From assembly GCF_009914755.1 (NCBI RefSeq), contig NC_060945.1: 64,000 nucleotides of DNA; one strand, 5' to 3'. This document shows positions 1 to 14,446 of this stretch, in pieces. The position numbers were made by a program, and so were the translations under genes. The notes under the pieces were generated by a model. It searched no databases. It saw only the letters and a program-made list of their open reading frames with translations, and was not told the DNA's origin. The first letter of the stretch is position 1. Every line of letters begins with the position of its first letter. The stretch is from the human T2T-CHM13v2.0 reference genome, Homo sapiens.

Positions 1-206
1 ATGAAAGTGCTCTTTTAAATCATTCTTGAGAAAGAGTGTTGAGCTAGGGAAACAAAGTATTTATTTTCTTTATCCTTTGATTCAATGTTGCCCCAATATC
101 TCTTCGGATTAAGAACAAGGATCATTTTCCTGCTACAGAATGCTATTCTTACTAGGGTAGGTTGTCTGTTCCAACCCAGGGATGAAACAACAAAGTCAAT
201 GGAAGG

Positions 207-212
207 GGTGAG

Positions 213-248
<36 letters not shown>

Positions 249-250
249 TG
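207..250. repeat. (GA)n(GT)n microsatellite
   Basis: gagagag followed by a long (tg)n run. Confidence 0.95.
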
Positions 251-304
251 CAAGTGTACACAAGCACTCAGCCTTTGAAACAGACTTAATCAACTACCAC
301 AGAA

Positions 305-505
305 TGGTGGAACACTGGGTTCTGGTCCCAGCTCTGCCTCTTAGGAGCCAACTGACATTGATCATATCACAGCCTCTCTAGCTCTCAATTTTTTCATCTG
401 TAAGATGGAGACAGTAATACCTACCTTGCTTCACAGAACTGCAGGAGGACTCAAATAAAAAACTGTATGTGAAAGAAACTTGTAAACAGGATAACGCTAT
501 AAAAA
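305..505 (+). mobile_element. MIR SINE
   Basis: MIR core: ctgggttctggtcccagctctgcc...ctcaattttttcatctgtaagatggaga. Confidence 0.75.
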
Positions 506-799
506 TTTATTCCTTTTCAATGTTGATTTATAAAATTATTTCCCCCTCAATATCAAAAGCCTTTAAAATTTTATATTTCTGCTCTGTGCAACATCCTCCT
601 CATCTTAGTAATTTCATAAGAGCTGTTCATTCTGTTTCACTGGCTTCTATCCACATGGCAACAAACAGGGTCTTATCTTCACTCACTCACTCATAGGCTA
701 TATGAGAGTAACACTGGCGGTATTAACTTGAAATGTCTGGTCTGGAATTTTTGACTTGCCCTTTGAAAGACCCTGAAAGTTCAAAAGTAATATATTTTT

Positions 800-1100
800 G
801 GCCGGGCACGGTGGCTCACGCCTGTAATCCCAGGACTTTGGGAGACTAAGGCAGGCGGATCACGAGGTCAGGAGTTTGAGACCAGCCTGGCCAACATAGT
901 GAAACTCCGTCTCTACTAGAAACACAAAAATTAGCCAGGCATGGCAGCGCGCACCTGTAGTCCCAGCTACTCAGGAGGCTGAGGCAGGAGAACCGCTTGA
1001 ACTCAGGAGGCGGAGGTTGTGGTGAGTCAAGATCTCGCACCACTGCACTCCAGCCTGGGCAACAGAGCAAGAGTCCATCTCAAAAAAAAAAAAAAAAAAA
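800..1100 (+). mobile_element. Alu SINE (AluS)
   Basis: ggccgggcacggtggctcacgcctgtaatccc start, dimer, A20 tail, TSD aaaagtaatayattttt. Confidence 0.98.
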
Positions 1101-1985
1101 AGTAATACATTTTTGTCCAGTGTAGCCAAGAAAATGCTGGAAACAAGAGCTGTTTCCGTTTCTGCCTTACTAACATCACAAAAAAAAAAAAGAAAGAAAG
1201 AATAAAACCTGCCAAAAATACTATTCTAAATGTTTAAAGGAGACTTTCAAATGGGAGATGAATAAAATTATTTCCATAAAAGATAAAGATAGAAGCATCA
1301 GAAATAATCAAAGAAGCAGCAGCAACTTTTTACTGAATCAAAAATTGATCACAATGAGAAATATATCACTTGCTCCTACTTACAAATAGTTGTTCCTATT
1401 CTCTTCGGCAACACTGAACTATGTTTTCACGCTAATACATCCAGTAAAATTGCTTCCTATTTTTATTTGTGATTTTCATTACTGATTCCACTTGGGACAG
1501 AAATAAATAGAATATGTGCATCAGGATCTCCCTAGCAATTTTGCACCAACCTCATGTGGTTCTGTCAATGAAGGCAATTATAATTCTGAATGAATATGCT
1601 TGATGTTCACTTAGCAGGAAACTGAACTCAGAGAAGATTTTTGCCCTTTCATTTTAATGTACACACCAGGTGGCACCCAAAGTAGTCAAATACAAATGTC
1701 TCCCACCCTGTATTCAAAAGAAATAATCATAGTACCAGGAGCTATCAAATCAGAACATTTTCTCGGGCACGGAGTGACATAAAGGGATAACAATATCTAA
1801 GGGCCACATACCTGTTGTTGCCCAAAGACACAAGGCAGGAACCATAAACCAAAAAGAAACACCTGTCCAGGCTGAAGGCAGCAGGACTTATTTACCAGAT
1901 AATTGTATCCATAAGTCCTTGCACTGCCCAAATTCTCACTTTACACACAGAAACTTCAAGGACTAACTTTTATGATTCAGATTCT

Positions 1986-2746
<761 letters not shown>

Positions 2747-3479
2747 TAGACCCAAGTCATCTTATTTTTCTACTTCCCTTCCAGCCCCCCACGTCATCCA
2801 AACTAAATTTGCCATCCCCATTATGCATACCTATGTCTCTATGCTTTCTTGATTAGAATACCCCATTTCTCTGAAATAAACCTTATGCATCCTCAAAAAA
2901 TAATTCTCATGTCACATTCTCCACATTTGAGGTTGAGATTTCAATGTCCAAATGAAGGGCTCTCCAAAGCAGATTTATACAACCACCAAGATCAAAGATA
3001 GATTTAATGCTTTTTTTTAAGATAATTAACTTTTAATTACATGTATAGTATAGCCCGGTTCCTAGAGAAGTTTCCGGTTTGTTCAGCTCAGTCAAACCAT
3101 GGCAGGAGGAGGATCAGACCCTTATCCCCACACAAATTGACCAAATCCTTCACCCTCTGTTCCCTGTGGCCTGTGAGTATCTCAGCTGCTGGACAATGAC
3201 CCCTAGTGATGGTCCCTCCGAGTTCCACACTCTAGGGTGGCTGGTGCCAAATCACATGCAGGCCTCTTTCTGATATTGTGGCTGGTGGTCCTTTGTCTGA
3301 TTCCCACTTTGAGGGCTGTCTGCTCCTGGCTCCATTTGAGATGCCCTTTCAATGCCTTCTTCCCTCATCTCCCAATGCCAGTCTCAATCTGGAGTTGGGG
3401 AACAAAAAAACCTGTTTCACACCGAGCCCCATGGTTATTTTTTTATTCTGTATCTTGGTTTTTTAAAATAATTTTTAAA

Positions 3480-4570
3480 ATTAATCTTTCATTGAGTAAG
3501 CAAACAACATACATTATAAGAAAGAAATTTAATCAGAAGGATATAAAACAGATGTGAAATTTTCCTTTTCATCTCTCCCAATCTCTCCTCCATCTCTCCA
3601 GAGTTGACAATATCTCTAAAATCCTGCTAAGTATTTTCTCTAACTACATTATCATATATATGACCTGTATGTCCTAAAAAGTTATTTTATATTTTATTTT
3701 AAAATACAGCATACAAACAAGGTGTATAAGAAAACATACATGGACAGTTTAAAGAATACTCAAACCTGTAAACTCACCACCCAGATAAAGAGAGAATTAA
3801 CATCCCTCAGAAACCCTCCTATGTCTCTCCCAAATTGCATTCCCTTTCCAGCCCCTTAAAGGTATCCTGATTTTTATGTACATCATTCCCTTGGTGGTCA
3901 TTAGATTTGTTCGTGATTGTTCTGGCTCTCTCCTTCTGGCCACTTGGTAGAACTGCACTTGCCCACACACTGATACTACGCTTGGTTATGTCACTTTTTT
4001 GGCAAAAGAAACGTGGTCAGAAGCGACTGGGTTGAAGCTTTCAAAAATCAATGTGAGCTTTGCCACATCCTCTTTCTCTGTCTGCCTCTGGCCATGCTCT
4101 GGATGGTAGCTGCTCCGCAGCTCAAATCCTAAAGAAACAAAACCATGACTTCAAGCCACTGAAGTTTTGGGATTGTTGGTGACCAAAGCAGAGCATAGGC
4201 TACCCTGGCCAATACAATCCCTGTGCTTCTCAATATAGTTTTTATCCATTGAGTACAACTGCAAACAGCGTATTGTTCAGTTTGACTGTCTGTTATCTTT
4301 ACCTAAGTGCAAGCCAGTGACACACACTATCCTCTGATTTTCCAATGTTTTATTTTTAAAGTTAGTCATATTGTATATGAGTTGAACATGTTGTATGTAG
4401 TTGTTAATTTTTACAACTATATAGCATTCCACTGCATGAATATACCATGATTTATCCATTCCAACATTGATCCACACTTAGGCTCCCATTGGGGAACATT
4501 ACAAGGAGGTATCCTTTTTAGGAGTAAGAGTTTCTCTAGATGGATACTCAGCAGTAGAATTTCACCTGAA
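3480..4570 (-). mobile_element. Old L1 (L1ME-like) 3' UTR fragments
   Basis: Antisense L1M 3' motifs: ccaccacccagataaag, atagcattccactgcatgaatataccatgatttatccatt. Confidence 0.65.
3892..4216 (+). mobile_element. MaLR LTR (MLT1H/I-like) nested in L1
   Basis: Ends aagccactgaagttttggg...ctggccaataca; tccct on both flanks. Confidence 0.65.
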
Positions 4571-5684
4571 TTCCAAGCTAGTTCATTTCACTTTTATATA
4601 CCCTAACCTACACATACCAGGAATAATTTAAGGCCAGGATATTTGTTTCTCTTTCTGTCTACATGTTTCTCTCATTTGAAATTTGCTGTGCTGAGGGCAG
4701 TTCCACACCAATGGATACAGTCACTCACAGACTAACAGCACGATGGTTAAGAGGTGGCATCCCTACACCCTCAAACAACATTCCACAGAGTTTCTCTTAA
4801 ATTACATTTATAGTTTTTCAAAGGGAAAAGTAAGTCCTCTTCAATAATTTATGTTTTGTTTTTGACCCTCTGTTAATATGATTTGGAGACATTTACTTTC
4901 TTCTAGACAAGCAAATTACATTAAATCTAATTTAATGCCGTGAACTATTTAGCAACTATTAGGAATATGGAATATGCTGGGCATTGTGAAGGCGATCAAG
5001 TCACACAAAACAAAGTCCTGGCTCTCAGGATACAGCCATGATCCTAGTTGAGAAAAGATTTAAGCCTTTCCATCCATTCAAAGCAATGTGAACTCTTATA
5101 ATGGCACCTCACCATCGAAATCCAGACACCTGGCAACTTTGTCTGTTTAGGTTGCCACCAAGAAGCAATCCTTTGGTAAGAAAGATGCCACAAAATGCAT
5201 GCAGTATGCATAGGGATTCCCTTGGTCCTTACAGCCTATTAATACTTTTAGTGCCCACAGTTTTATTAAGCTAACATCTGGTTTATAAGGCTACCACAAG
5301 TCAGGACTAGCAAGTAAAAGGCGGCAAGCAAGAGCAAGGACAAGTGACAGCAAACTTGTGACAGCTAGGGAGAAGACCAAAGAGCATAAAATGCAGATAA
5401 GCACACTGACACATCAAGTGAGGCATACAAGGACGAGCTGCCCTTCACGAATCAATAAGTCCTGAGGCATTCTGCATTTCAGCAGAGCCTAGAAAACAGC
5501 TGTGCCTACTAATGGCCTTGGTGTATCAGGAAAAGATGACGCAGGCCCAGTCTATTCTATGTAAGCAGCAAAGTGAAGGTAAAATACAATTTAAAGGTCT
5601 TCTATCTAAAGAGTTATGCTGTTAGAGAGCTCTGAATCTGAAGTCAACATATTTTCCAGGTCAAAATCTCGGGTATCTAACTAT

Positions 5685-5900
5685 TATTTCTTTTAAGCTC
5701 TATTATATGCCATGAGCTATGTACATGTTCCTCCACCTCAAAGACAAAGGCCATTATCCTTATTAAATTGAGACACAGAGAGGTTAAGAAATGTTCTCGG
5801 TCACACATATGCCACCTAGTTAATCCAAGATACGTACTCTTGTCTTTCTGACTCCAAAATCTATGCTGTGTCATTATCCCACGTGGCTCTATGTATCCAA
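5685..5900 (-). mobile_element. MIR SINE
   Basis: gagacacagagaggttaagaaatgttctcggtcacac core, antisense. Confidence 0.7.
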
Positions 5901-6879
5901 AAGTCACCTTTCTAAGGTTACTAAAATGGTACATTTTTCTCTCTGTACATTTTACAAAATTAATAGTAAAAGGTTTAAGTTTATAACCCAGAGTTATCAG
6001 TATGCTTGAGTTACATATCTGCCTTAGGGAATAATTAGATATCTAGGTTGCTACTGTGTTTAATTTGTACCTACCATATGCCCTGGTGCCCTGTGGAGGA
6101 ATGGATGAAGAATCTTTCGGCTGACTGCTGAGTTCCCCAGATCCTGAGATCAGAGACTGCTGGGAGGTAGGGGCGGGCTTCCCACCAGAACTTCTGGAGG
6201 TCAGCCTGGTAGCAGATGAAGCAGGGTGTCCTGGCCCATCCCAACACAGCAATGGAGGCTGTGTCACATAAGCATATTTATTCAGCAAATGCAGACTTCT
6301 GAGTTTTGTTCTAAAAAGGCAGTTTATGGAAAGAGCTGAAGTAGAAAAGAAAGCTCCTGGGCACACCCAGCAGCATCCTTGGGAACAAGGACAGATCCTT
6401 GGAGGCCACAAACACACCTAGCCACACATTCATAAAGAGCAGAACTAGAACTAAGGGGAGACCAGAAATCTCAGGGATCAATACATAACAATTTAATTCA
6501 ATACTTGAAAATATAGCAATGAATAGAAAAAGTTAATGACTAACAAAATATTATGAAGTAGGATTCATATTACTAATTTTTCCCTTTGCTTCAGGATTCA
6601 ATAGGGCTTTGCACAACAGAGAGCTAACAAAAGTGGTTTTTTTTTAAAAGGAGGGTGATTACGTGGTTATAGAAAGCTAATGATTTGGGAGATAATTTTT
6701 AAATTATCAATTTCACTAAATGAAGGAAACAGTAATTATCTTCTTGCAGTCTTGTTAAGTCTGGGAGACTCATGCAGCATGAAATAGTAATTCTCAATTA
6801 TAAGTCTGCTCAAAACATCCACCATGAGAGGTCTGGCCAAGGAACAATCTTAAAAGCAGCTTAAAGGTACTGTCAGATT

Positions 6880-7228
6880 GCAGAGCCCAGTGATGCTGGG
6901 CTTGGCCACATGACTGACTTTGGCCAGTGGAACATGGGCAGAAGGGAAAGACTAACAGTACCAAGCCTAGGCCTTAGGAGACATCAAATGTTTCTACTCT
7001 CTTCCCTTGCAGTTCTACCATTGTCATGAATACCCTGCTTGTCCCCAAAAAGTGAGAGTCACGTGAATCCAAGATAAACTAAACTCATGGCTGGAAGCCA
7101 AACCCAGCCAACCATATTGGGATCATCAGAGCTCCCCAGCCACTCCTGAGGTGCAAAAGTGGACAATAGACGCTTATTCCTGTGGAATTTTGTGACTGTC
7201 TGTTACACAGCAATAGCTCATTGATGCA
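6880..7228 (+). mobile_element. MaLR LTR (MLT1H-like)
   Basis: gggcttggccacatgactgactttggccagtggaacatgggcagaag...tgttacacagcaatagct. Confidence 0.65.
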
Positions 7229-7277
7229 TTCTCAGTACACCAAAATATTCAGTAGCTTCTTAAGCTTTTGTATGGAT

Positions 7278-7535
7278 CATTGATTCTCAACCCTGAGTGC
7301 ACAATAAAGTGGATATTCAATTGTCAGAATACCAATGCCCAAGTCTCATCTTAGACTGGTTGTTTCAGAATCTCTAGTGGTAGCTCCTGGATATAAGGCT
7401 TTATTTTTAGCTTTTAGCTTTTATTATTATTTTTACTTGACCCATAAGAATTGTACATATTTATGGAATACGGTGTGATTTTTTTTTCAGTTTCCCAGAT
7501 AATTTTAAATGTGCATCCAGGGTCAATAACATTGA
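7278..7535. mobile_element. MER5-family hAT-Charlie MITE
   Basis: ttctcaaccctgagtgcaca...tcagaatctct...tttcccagataattttaaatgtgcatccagggt. Confidence 0.55.
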
Positions 7536-7914
7536 TGTAGATACGAAGGTACAGAAATATCTCTAGCATGAAGAAGTGCATCTGTATCCCCATTTGCTGT
7601 GACTAAACAATCCCTCTCCACTGCCAGAGAACTTTGATGGGAGGCAGGTCTGCAGGGGGAGTTATACAGTGTCCAAAGTGTCCATGCAGTGAGGTGATGG
7701 CTATGCCTGGTGAGCTACACAGAACCAGAGGACTACACTAGAATTTGTGTGTTATGAAAATATTTGTTGAGATCATAAGTTGAAACAGATGGACTAATAA
7801 AACAGACTAGATGGAGAATAGAAGTTAACATGTGGAGTCAAACTGAGAGGAGGAAGGATAGGGTTGATGAAAAAGAGAAAACACTTGGACTAGAAAAGCA
7901 AAAATTGGCTAGAA

Positions 7915-8057
7915 GTTTTCCATGGATTCCAACGGCATTGGAATCACCTAGGAAATGTAGAATCTCAATGCCTATCCCAGTTCTACTTCATCAGAATCTG
8001 AATTTTAATCAGATTTCCAGGTGATATGTATGCACATGCAAGTTTGAGAATTGCTAC
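7915..8057. mobile_element. MER5-family hAT-Charlie MITE
   Basis: ttggaatcacctagg...tcagaatctgaattttaatcagatttccaggtgat...aagtttgagaa. Confidence 0.65.
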
Positions 8058-8856
8058 TTTAGCAAGTTCCAGAAATGAAGTGCATGGACATCCAGATGAT
8101 TTCCATACTCTGCTGCTGTGTGATTGTATAGACCAGCACAGTCACACTGGGATTGAGATGGGACATAAAGTGGCAGGGGTGCATACATTCAACGAACCCA
8201 ACAGCTATTCCAAATTATTTAAATTTTAAATTTAAAAGAATGAGGGTTAAGCCAGAAGAAATTCTGATTTACAATAGTGAGACCCAAGCACAGATAATTT
8301 TCAAAAGTTACTGAGATGATTCTAAATCAACAGCCAAAGTTGAGAATCACCACTTTCTGCCCTTTAAAATTAAAACTTGTCCTTATCAACTATGATGCTA
8401 AAATAGATTAGTATATATGCTTTAAAACTTCTATACTGAAAGCTTGGTTCATACATGACTTCTATCTACAAAAGCTAATGAGAAAGCAAAGATTGACACA
8501 AAATATTTTACTTTGTCATTACATTGTCTATTTTTCAAGAGAAAAGAACAAAACAAAGTATAATTGTATCATTTAGTGTTTTGGCCAAAAACACAGAAAC
8601 TCTTCTAGGAAATTCCAAATAGGAAGTGATTTAATACACAGTTAAATGATTACAAATCTCTGAAAGAGGTGGAAGAGTCAAGCTCAGCCCACACTGTTGC
8701 TAGCTCTCAAGTATGCCATTCATTTTCAGAGAATCAAGAAATTGCTACTATTCTCTAGACCTGGAATTGGAAAAACACTACTGACGACCACTGATGTGTG
8801 GATCCCCAGGGTGGTGATACGCAAGAGAATACCTAAAGGATCTTGCAAGGGTTGGT

Positions 8857-9186
8857 GTCCTAGTAAGTCCAGGCTGCTATAGTCAGTTAGCAAAGACTGG
8901 ATGACTTAAACATGGATTTTTTCATAGTTCTGGAGGCTGGAAGTCTGAGACAAAGGTGCCAGCATGGTCAGGCTCTTGATGAGGGCCCCCTTCATGGTTA
9001 TGTCCTCCCATGGTCTCTCCTGCATGCAGGTCGAAAGGAAGCAAGCTTTCTCTTGTCTCTTTTTATAAAGGCTCTAATCTTATCATAAGGGCTCCACCTT
9101 AATTACCTTCCAAAAGCCCCATCGCATTGAGGATTACAGTTTCAAAATATGAATGTAGGGCGTACACAAACATTTAGTCCATAGTA
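8857..9186 (-). mobile_element. MaLR solo LTR (MLT1A-like)
   Basis: aggctgctata...cagttctggaggctggaagtctgaga caaaggtgccagcatgg...acaaacatttagtccatagta. Confidence 0.85.
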
Positions 9187-9237
9187 GATGACCTTCCACA
9201 TGTTGTATAATCACAGACCATGCTTCCCTTTCTCCTT

Positions 9238-10153
9238 TGTTGATGAAAAAGCCAAACTCTGTAAAATATTTGAACAAATTTATTCTGAGCCAAATATGAG
9301 GCCCATGACACATGACATAGCCTCAGGAGGTCCTGAGAACATGTGCCTAAAGTGGTTGGGTTCCAGCTTGATTTTATACATTTTGAGGAGACAGAAGTTA
9401 CAGGCAAAGACATAAATCAATACATGTAAGTTTTACATTGATTCAGCCTGGAAAAGTAGGCCATCTCGAAGTGGGCAGGGGGAGGCTTCCAGGTCATAAG
9501 TGGATGCAAAGATTTCCTAATTGGCAATTGGCTGAAAGAGTAAAGTTTTGCCTAAAGAGTTAAAGTCAGCAGAAAGAAATGCTTGGGGTTAGAATAAGGT
9601 GGGAGTTGGGGGTGGAAGCCAAGGTTTTGCTACGTAGATGAAGCCTCCAAATAGCAGGCTTCAGAGAGAATAGATGATAAATGTCCTTTATCAAACCTTA
9701 AAAGGCATTAGACTCTTAGTTAGATCTCTCCAGGATCAGGAAAATACCTGGAAAGGGAAGGGGATTCTCTACAGAATGTAGATTTTTCCCACAAGAGACA
9801 GTTTTGCAGGGACATTTCAAAATAGATCAAAAAATGTATTTTGGGGTAAAATACTTCCATTTCTTTCAGGGCCTGCTATCTCTTAATGTGATGCTATCCT
9901 AGAATCAGGCTGGAATATGGTACTTTATTGCTACAAACAGACTGTTTTGTCACTCTTAAAATATCTGGTTTAATGTTAATGCTGGTCAGTTGTGCCTAAA
10001 TTCCAAAGGATGGAGAGAATAATGAAGCATGTCTGACCCACCATTCCCATCATGGCCTGAACTAGATTTTCAGGTTTCATGGCTATCTTCTTGCCTGAGA
10101 TAAGGGGTCCTTTCAGTCAGTTGGAGGGCTTAGAATTTTGGTTTTGGTCTACA
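9238..10153 (-). mobile_element. ERV1 solo LTR, MER4 family (MER4D-like)
   Basis: TG...CA termini, 4-bp TSD cctt (9234-9237 and 10154-10157); reverse complement begins tgtagaccaaaaccaaaattctaag like recalled MER4 consensus; ~916 bp. Confidence 0.88.
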
Positions 10154-10338
10154 CCTTCCAAATCATGAATAAATCCCCTCCCACCCCATTAGTAGAAACT
10201 AAACCAAAACCCAGCTGGCCAAGGATTCTTAAAATTTCAGCTCCCAAACTTCCAAATACCACAATAGAGAGGAGAGAAATTCAGCAAAATAGCACCTGTC
10301 AGTAACAAAATGGTAGTTAGAAAGACCAGGTTGCTTTA

Positions 10339-10670
<332 letters not shown>

Positions 10671-10676
<6 letters not shown>

Positions 10677-10777
10677 GGAAAGAGAGAGAGAAAGAAGGAA
10701 AGAAAGGAAGGAAAGAAGGAAGGAAGGGAGGGAGGGAGGGAGGGAGGGAGGGAGGGAGGAAGGAAGGAAAAGGAAGA
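10671..10777. repeat. Polypurine (GAAA/GGAA/GGGA)n microsatellite from Alu tail
   Basis: Pure A/G tract directly after the Alu. Confidence 0.95.
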
Positions 10778-10799
10778 TTTGACTAACAGGCAGAGTTTA

Positions 10800-11010
10800 A
10801 GAGCAAACTCTAGAGTCCATAGCCTGAGTACCAATCCTGGTTCAACCCCTTACTAGATGTGTAATTTTGAGCAATGCCTCAATGCCCTCACCAGCAAAAT
10901 GGGGATGATAATAATAATTACTTCATAGCATTGTCATGGAGAGTGATTGTGTACATTAAGTACTTAAGAAATATATCTGGCAGAGAATTATCACTCCGTA
11001 AATGTAAGCA
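10800..11010 (+). mobile_element. MIR SINE
   Basis: aatcctggttcaacccccttactagatgtg...aaaatggggatgataataata. Confidence 0.65.
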
Positions 11011-11068
11011 AAAATGATATAGGTGAGGCAATTTTTGAATTAAAGGAATCACTTTTTTGTAAATTTAG

Positions 11069-11445
11069 TGTTATGAGCTGAATATTTGTGTCCTCCCAAA
11101 ATTCATATGTGAAGTCCTAACCTCAAATGTGATGGCCTCTGGAGGTGAGGTCTTCAGAAGACAATTACTCTTAGATGAGGTCATGAAGATAGGGCTCTCA
11201 TGATGAGATTAGTTCCCTTATAAAAAGAGGAAGACAAAGTACATACACTGAGGAAAGGCCATGCAAGCACATGTCAAGAAGGTGGCCATCTGCAAGCCAG
11301 AAAGAGAGCCCTCCCGAGACACCAAATCTGTCAGCACCTTGATCTTGGACTTTCCAGCCCCCAGAACTATGAGAAATAGAGTCTGTTGGTTCAAGCCACG
11401 TGAGTCTATGGTATTTTGTTACAGCAGCTCAAACTGGTGATGACA
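11069..11445 (+). mobile_element. MaLR solo LTR (MLT1A-like)
   Basis: tgttatgagctgaatatttgtgtcctcccaaaattcatatg...gcaccttgatcttggacttt...tatggtattttgttacagcagc. Confidence 0.9.
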
Positions 11446-11679
11446 TTGAGTAAACTACATTTGTGTATAATCTGAGAAGATTTTTCCAGGAGGATTATAA
11501 ATATAGAAGAACATAGTTGTCAAGAATTAAGATCTTCATTCTGAGCAGAATCTAAACTCTTTTCATGCAAGAAATTTTTATCCTCAGGTCCTGTCCAGTT
11601 TCTTACAATTGATCTGATATTTGAAGATGGATGTGATAACTGTGCCCCTGCTGAGGAGAAACCTAGAATCTCTAAAAAG

Positions 11680-11900
11680 TAAAGTAGTGGAATCTGGCAT
11701 CAGATGGTCCCAGGTCCTGTCCCAACTCTACTAACTGCTTGCACAGAGCCCCTCAAGGCATCACTTAACCCCTCTGAGCCTCAATTATTCATCTATCGAA
11801 AGGAGATAAGGACAAAACCATATCCAGATAAATTTCAATGAGCTGCTGTATTAGAAAAAACTTCTGAAACTATCATACAAATGTTAATTGGTATTATTAG
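11680..11900 (+). mobile_element. MIR SINE
   Basis: tcacttaacccctctgagcctcaattattcatctatcgaaagg core. Confidence 0.6.
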
Positions 11901-12142
11901 TGAAGAAACCTTTTCCAAAAGACCTCAAGCACAGTGCTGAGCATTCTTAGGATTTCAAAAAGTTACTTTGAAAATCGGCGCTCTTGTCTCCATCTCAATC
12001 TCCCTACTCCTATAACTTTTGGCTTCTGTTAAACATCTGGTCAGACTTAAAAGAGCAAGTTAGAAGGGGAATTAGTCATTTTACACAACGTCTTAGTTAA
12101 TTATCTACTACAGAGGTAAATAAATAAGACTTTGTTGTTTAG

Positions 12143-12295
12143 TTTTTTGTTCGTTGTTGTTTTGTTATTTTTTTTTTTTAGAGATGGGGCCTTGCCACAT
12201 TGTCCAGGCTAAACTCCAATTCCTGGGCTCAAATGATCCCGCTATCTCAGACTCTCAAGTAGCTTGTACTATAGGTGCATGTCACTGTGCCTGGC
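12143..12295 (-). mobile_element. FLAM (Alu monomer)
   Basis: Single ~120-bp monomer with T-rich tail: tagagatggggccttgcc...cactgtgcctggc. Confidence 0.85.
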
Positions 12296-12675
12296 AGGAC
12301 TTGTTACTTAAATAATCAATACATCTGAATCTTGACCAGAGATATGCATGCATTTTTTTCCAGCCATGTCTTCCAGGTTTCCAAGCAGCATTTATCTTTA
12401 CCTAGCTGTGCTACACGTGGTTGTGCAGGTAGCGCACTGCACACACAGGAGGGTGACATCACATAGCCTGATGTCCTCTAGAGCTTTGCAAAACAGACCT
12501 GCCTAGCTCTGCACGGCAGCCTGATTTGGCCAAATACTTTTCTCTGTCACTCAGGGACCTATCTTCCAAGAAATAGCCCATAGATATATAGTCTTCACCT
12601 TCCAGATTCCCTACTAATTGAGATTTGGAAATGTTGTTTATCCTAAATTTTGTGTCTCTCATTACCAGCTAATAG

Positions 12676-13146
<471 letters not shown>

Positions 13147-13261
13147 AATGATTAAAGTAAATAAAATTCAAAAGCTCATCAAATTGTATCCAGATATGAG
13201 AAGGCTTATAAAGAAGTTGTCAGCAGGGATGCATGTATTAAGATCTGCAATAACCTGCACA

Positions 13262-13445
13262 GGTGGTCTACCTCAGAATCATTTGGAGAGTTTGTAATGT
13301 ATGCAGATTCCTGGGCCCACATGCTGGAGATTCTGATTCAGTAGGTGTGCAACTCTGGTGGGTTTATGTGTGTTTGTGTGTGTATGTGGGTTTCTTTTTC
13401 TTTTGTAAATGTCACGTCATTCCAGCGTGCAGCCATGTCAGGAAA
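13262..13445. mobile_element. MER5A-like hAT MITE
   Basis: tcagaatcatttggagag...atgcagattcctgggccc...gattctgattcagtaggt. Confidence 0.6.
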
Positions 13446-14147
13446 TTATTGCTTTGGGACATGCTACATCTTACGAAGAAGTGGAATCAGAAGGAGTCAA
13501 TTTCAGTGTAAGCCCGTAAGTTGTCCTTCACGTGTTCACTGAGATTAGGGTGTCTCTTTGCTCTGCTCTGCTATTGAAATTCCTTTCCCAGGAGCCTAAG
13601 AAAAAGACTTCAAACCTTAAACATGGGAGAAATGGCTTTTAAAAGTCAAGCATCTTTTAATCAGATGGTGTTAAAAATCTAAGATTAAAAAGTTAGGAGC
13701 TTTTTGCATTTTTCCCCCACTCCTCCTATCACTGGAGGATTTTTAGTGACTGGAGAGGGTGTTTCAAAACACCCCTGAATGGTCACAACTTCAGAAAAGA
13801 GAATATGGGGATAGGAAAGTAAAATGAGATTGTTTGGTACATGAGTATCACTCTGGAAAATTCCATGGATGGGAGGATGTTCCAGGTGCACATTTTAAGC
13901 AATAACTCAGCACAGAGTCAGATTGTGCAGTGTAACAAAACTGTCCTTAGCTGCATATTTGTCAGTCTTTCTGGAAGGTTCTCAGCTCCCCCAAGATGGC
14001 AGCTGGCTCTCGTCCCTGAGGTCAGAAAGAACCCCTCCCCCGCTGCCCTAGGACTCACAGATTCCTTCACAAAAGACACAAATTCTGCATGGTCAAAGCA
14101 CATCACACATGTTCTATTTTCAAGTTTCTCTGTTTTATTGTGTTTGA

Positions 14148-14446
14148 TTTTTTTTCTTTTTTTTTCCTGAAACAGGATCTCACCGTGTTGCCCAGACTGC
14201 AGTGCAGTGGCACAATCTCAGCTCACTGCAACCTTCACCTCCCGGTTCAAGCAATTCTCCTGCCTCAGCCTCCCGAGTAGCCGGGATTACATGTGCACGC
14301 CACCATGCCCAGCTAATTTTTGTATTTTTAGTAGAGACAGGGTTTCACCATGTTGGCCAAGCTGGTCTCAAACTCCTGACCTCATAATCCCCCACCTCGA
14401 CCTCAAAAAGTGCTGGGATTACAGGTGTGAACCACTGCACCCATCC
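14148..14446 (-). mobile_element. Alu SINE (AluS)
   Basis: Antisense dimer with T-rich tail. Confidence 0.97.

Noticed and set aside
1384-1490. Minus-strand segment with a gtaagt donor
   Set aside because: Weak AAG acceptor, poor exon-side donor bases (TTT) and stops in all three frames; consistent with chance
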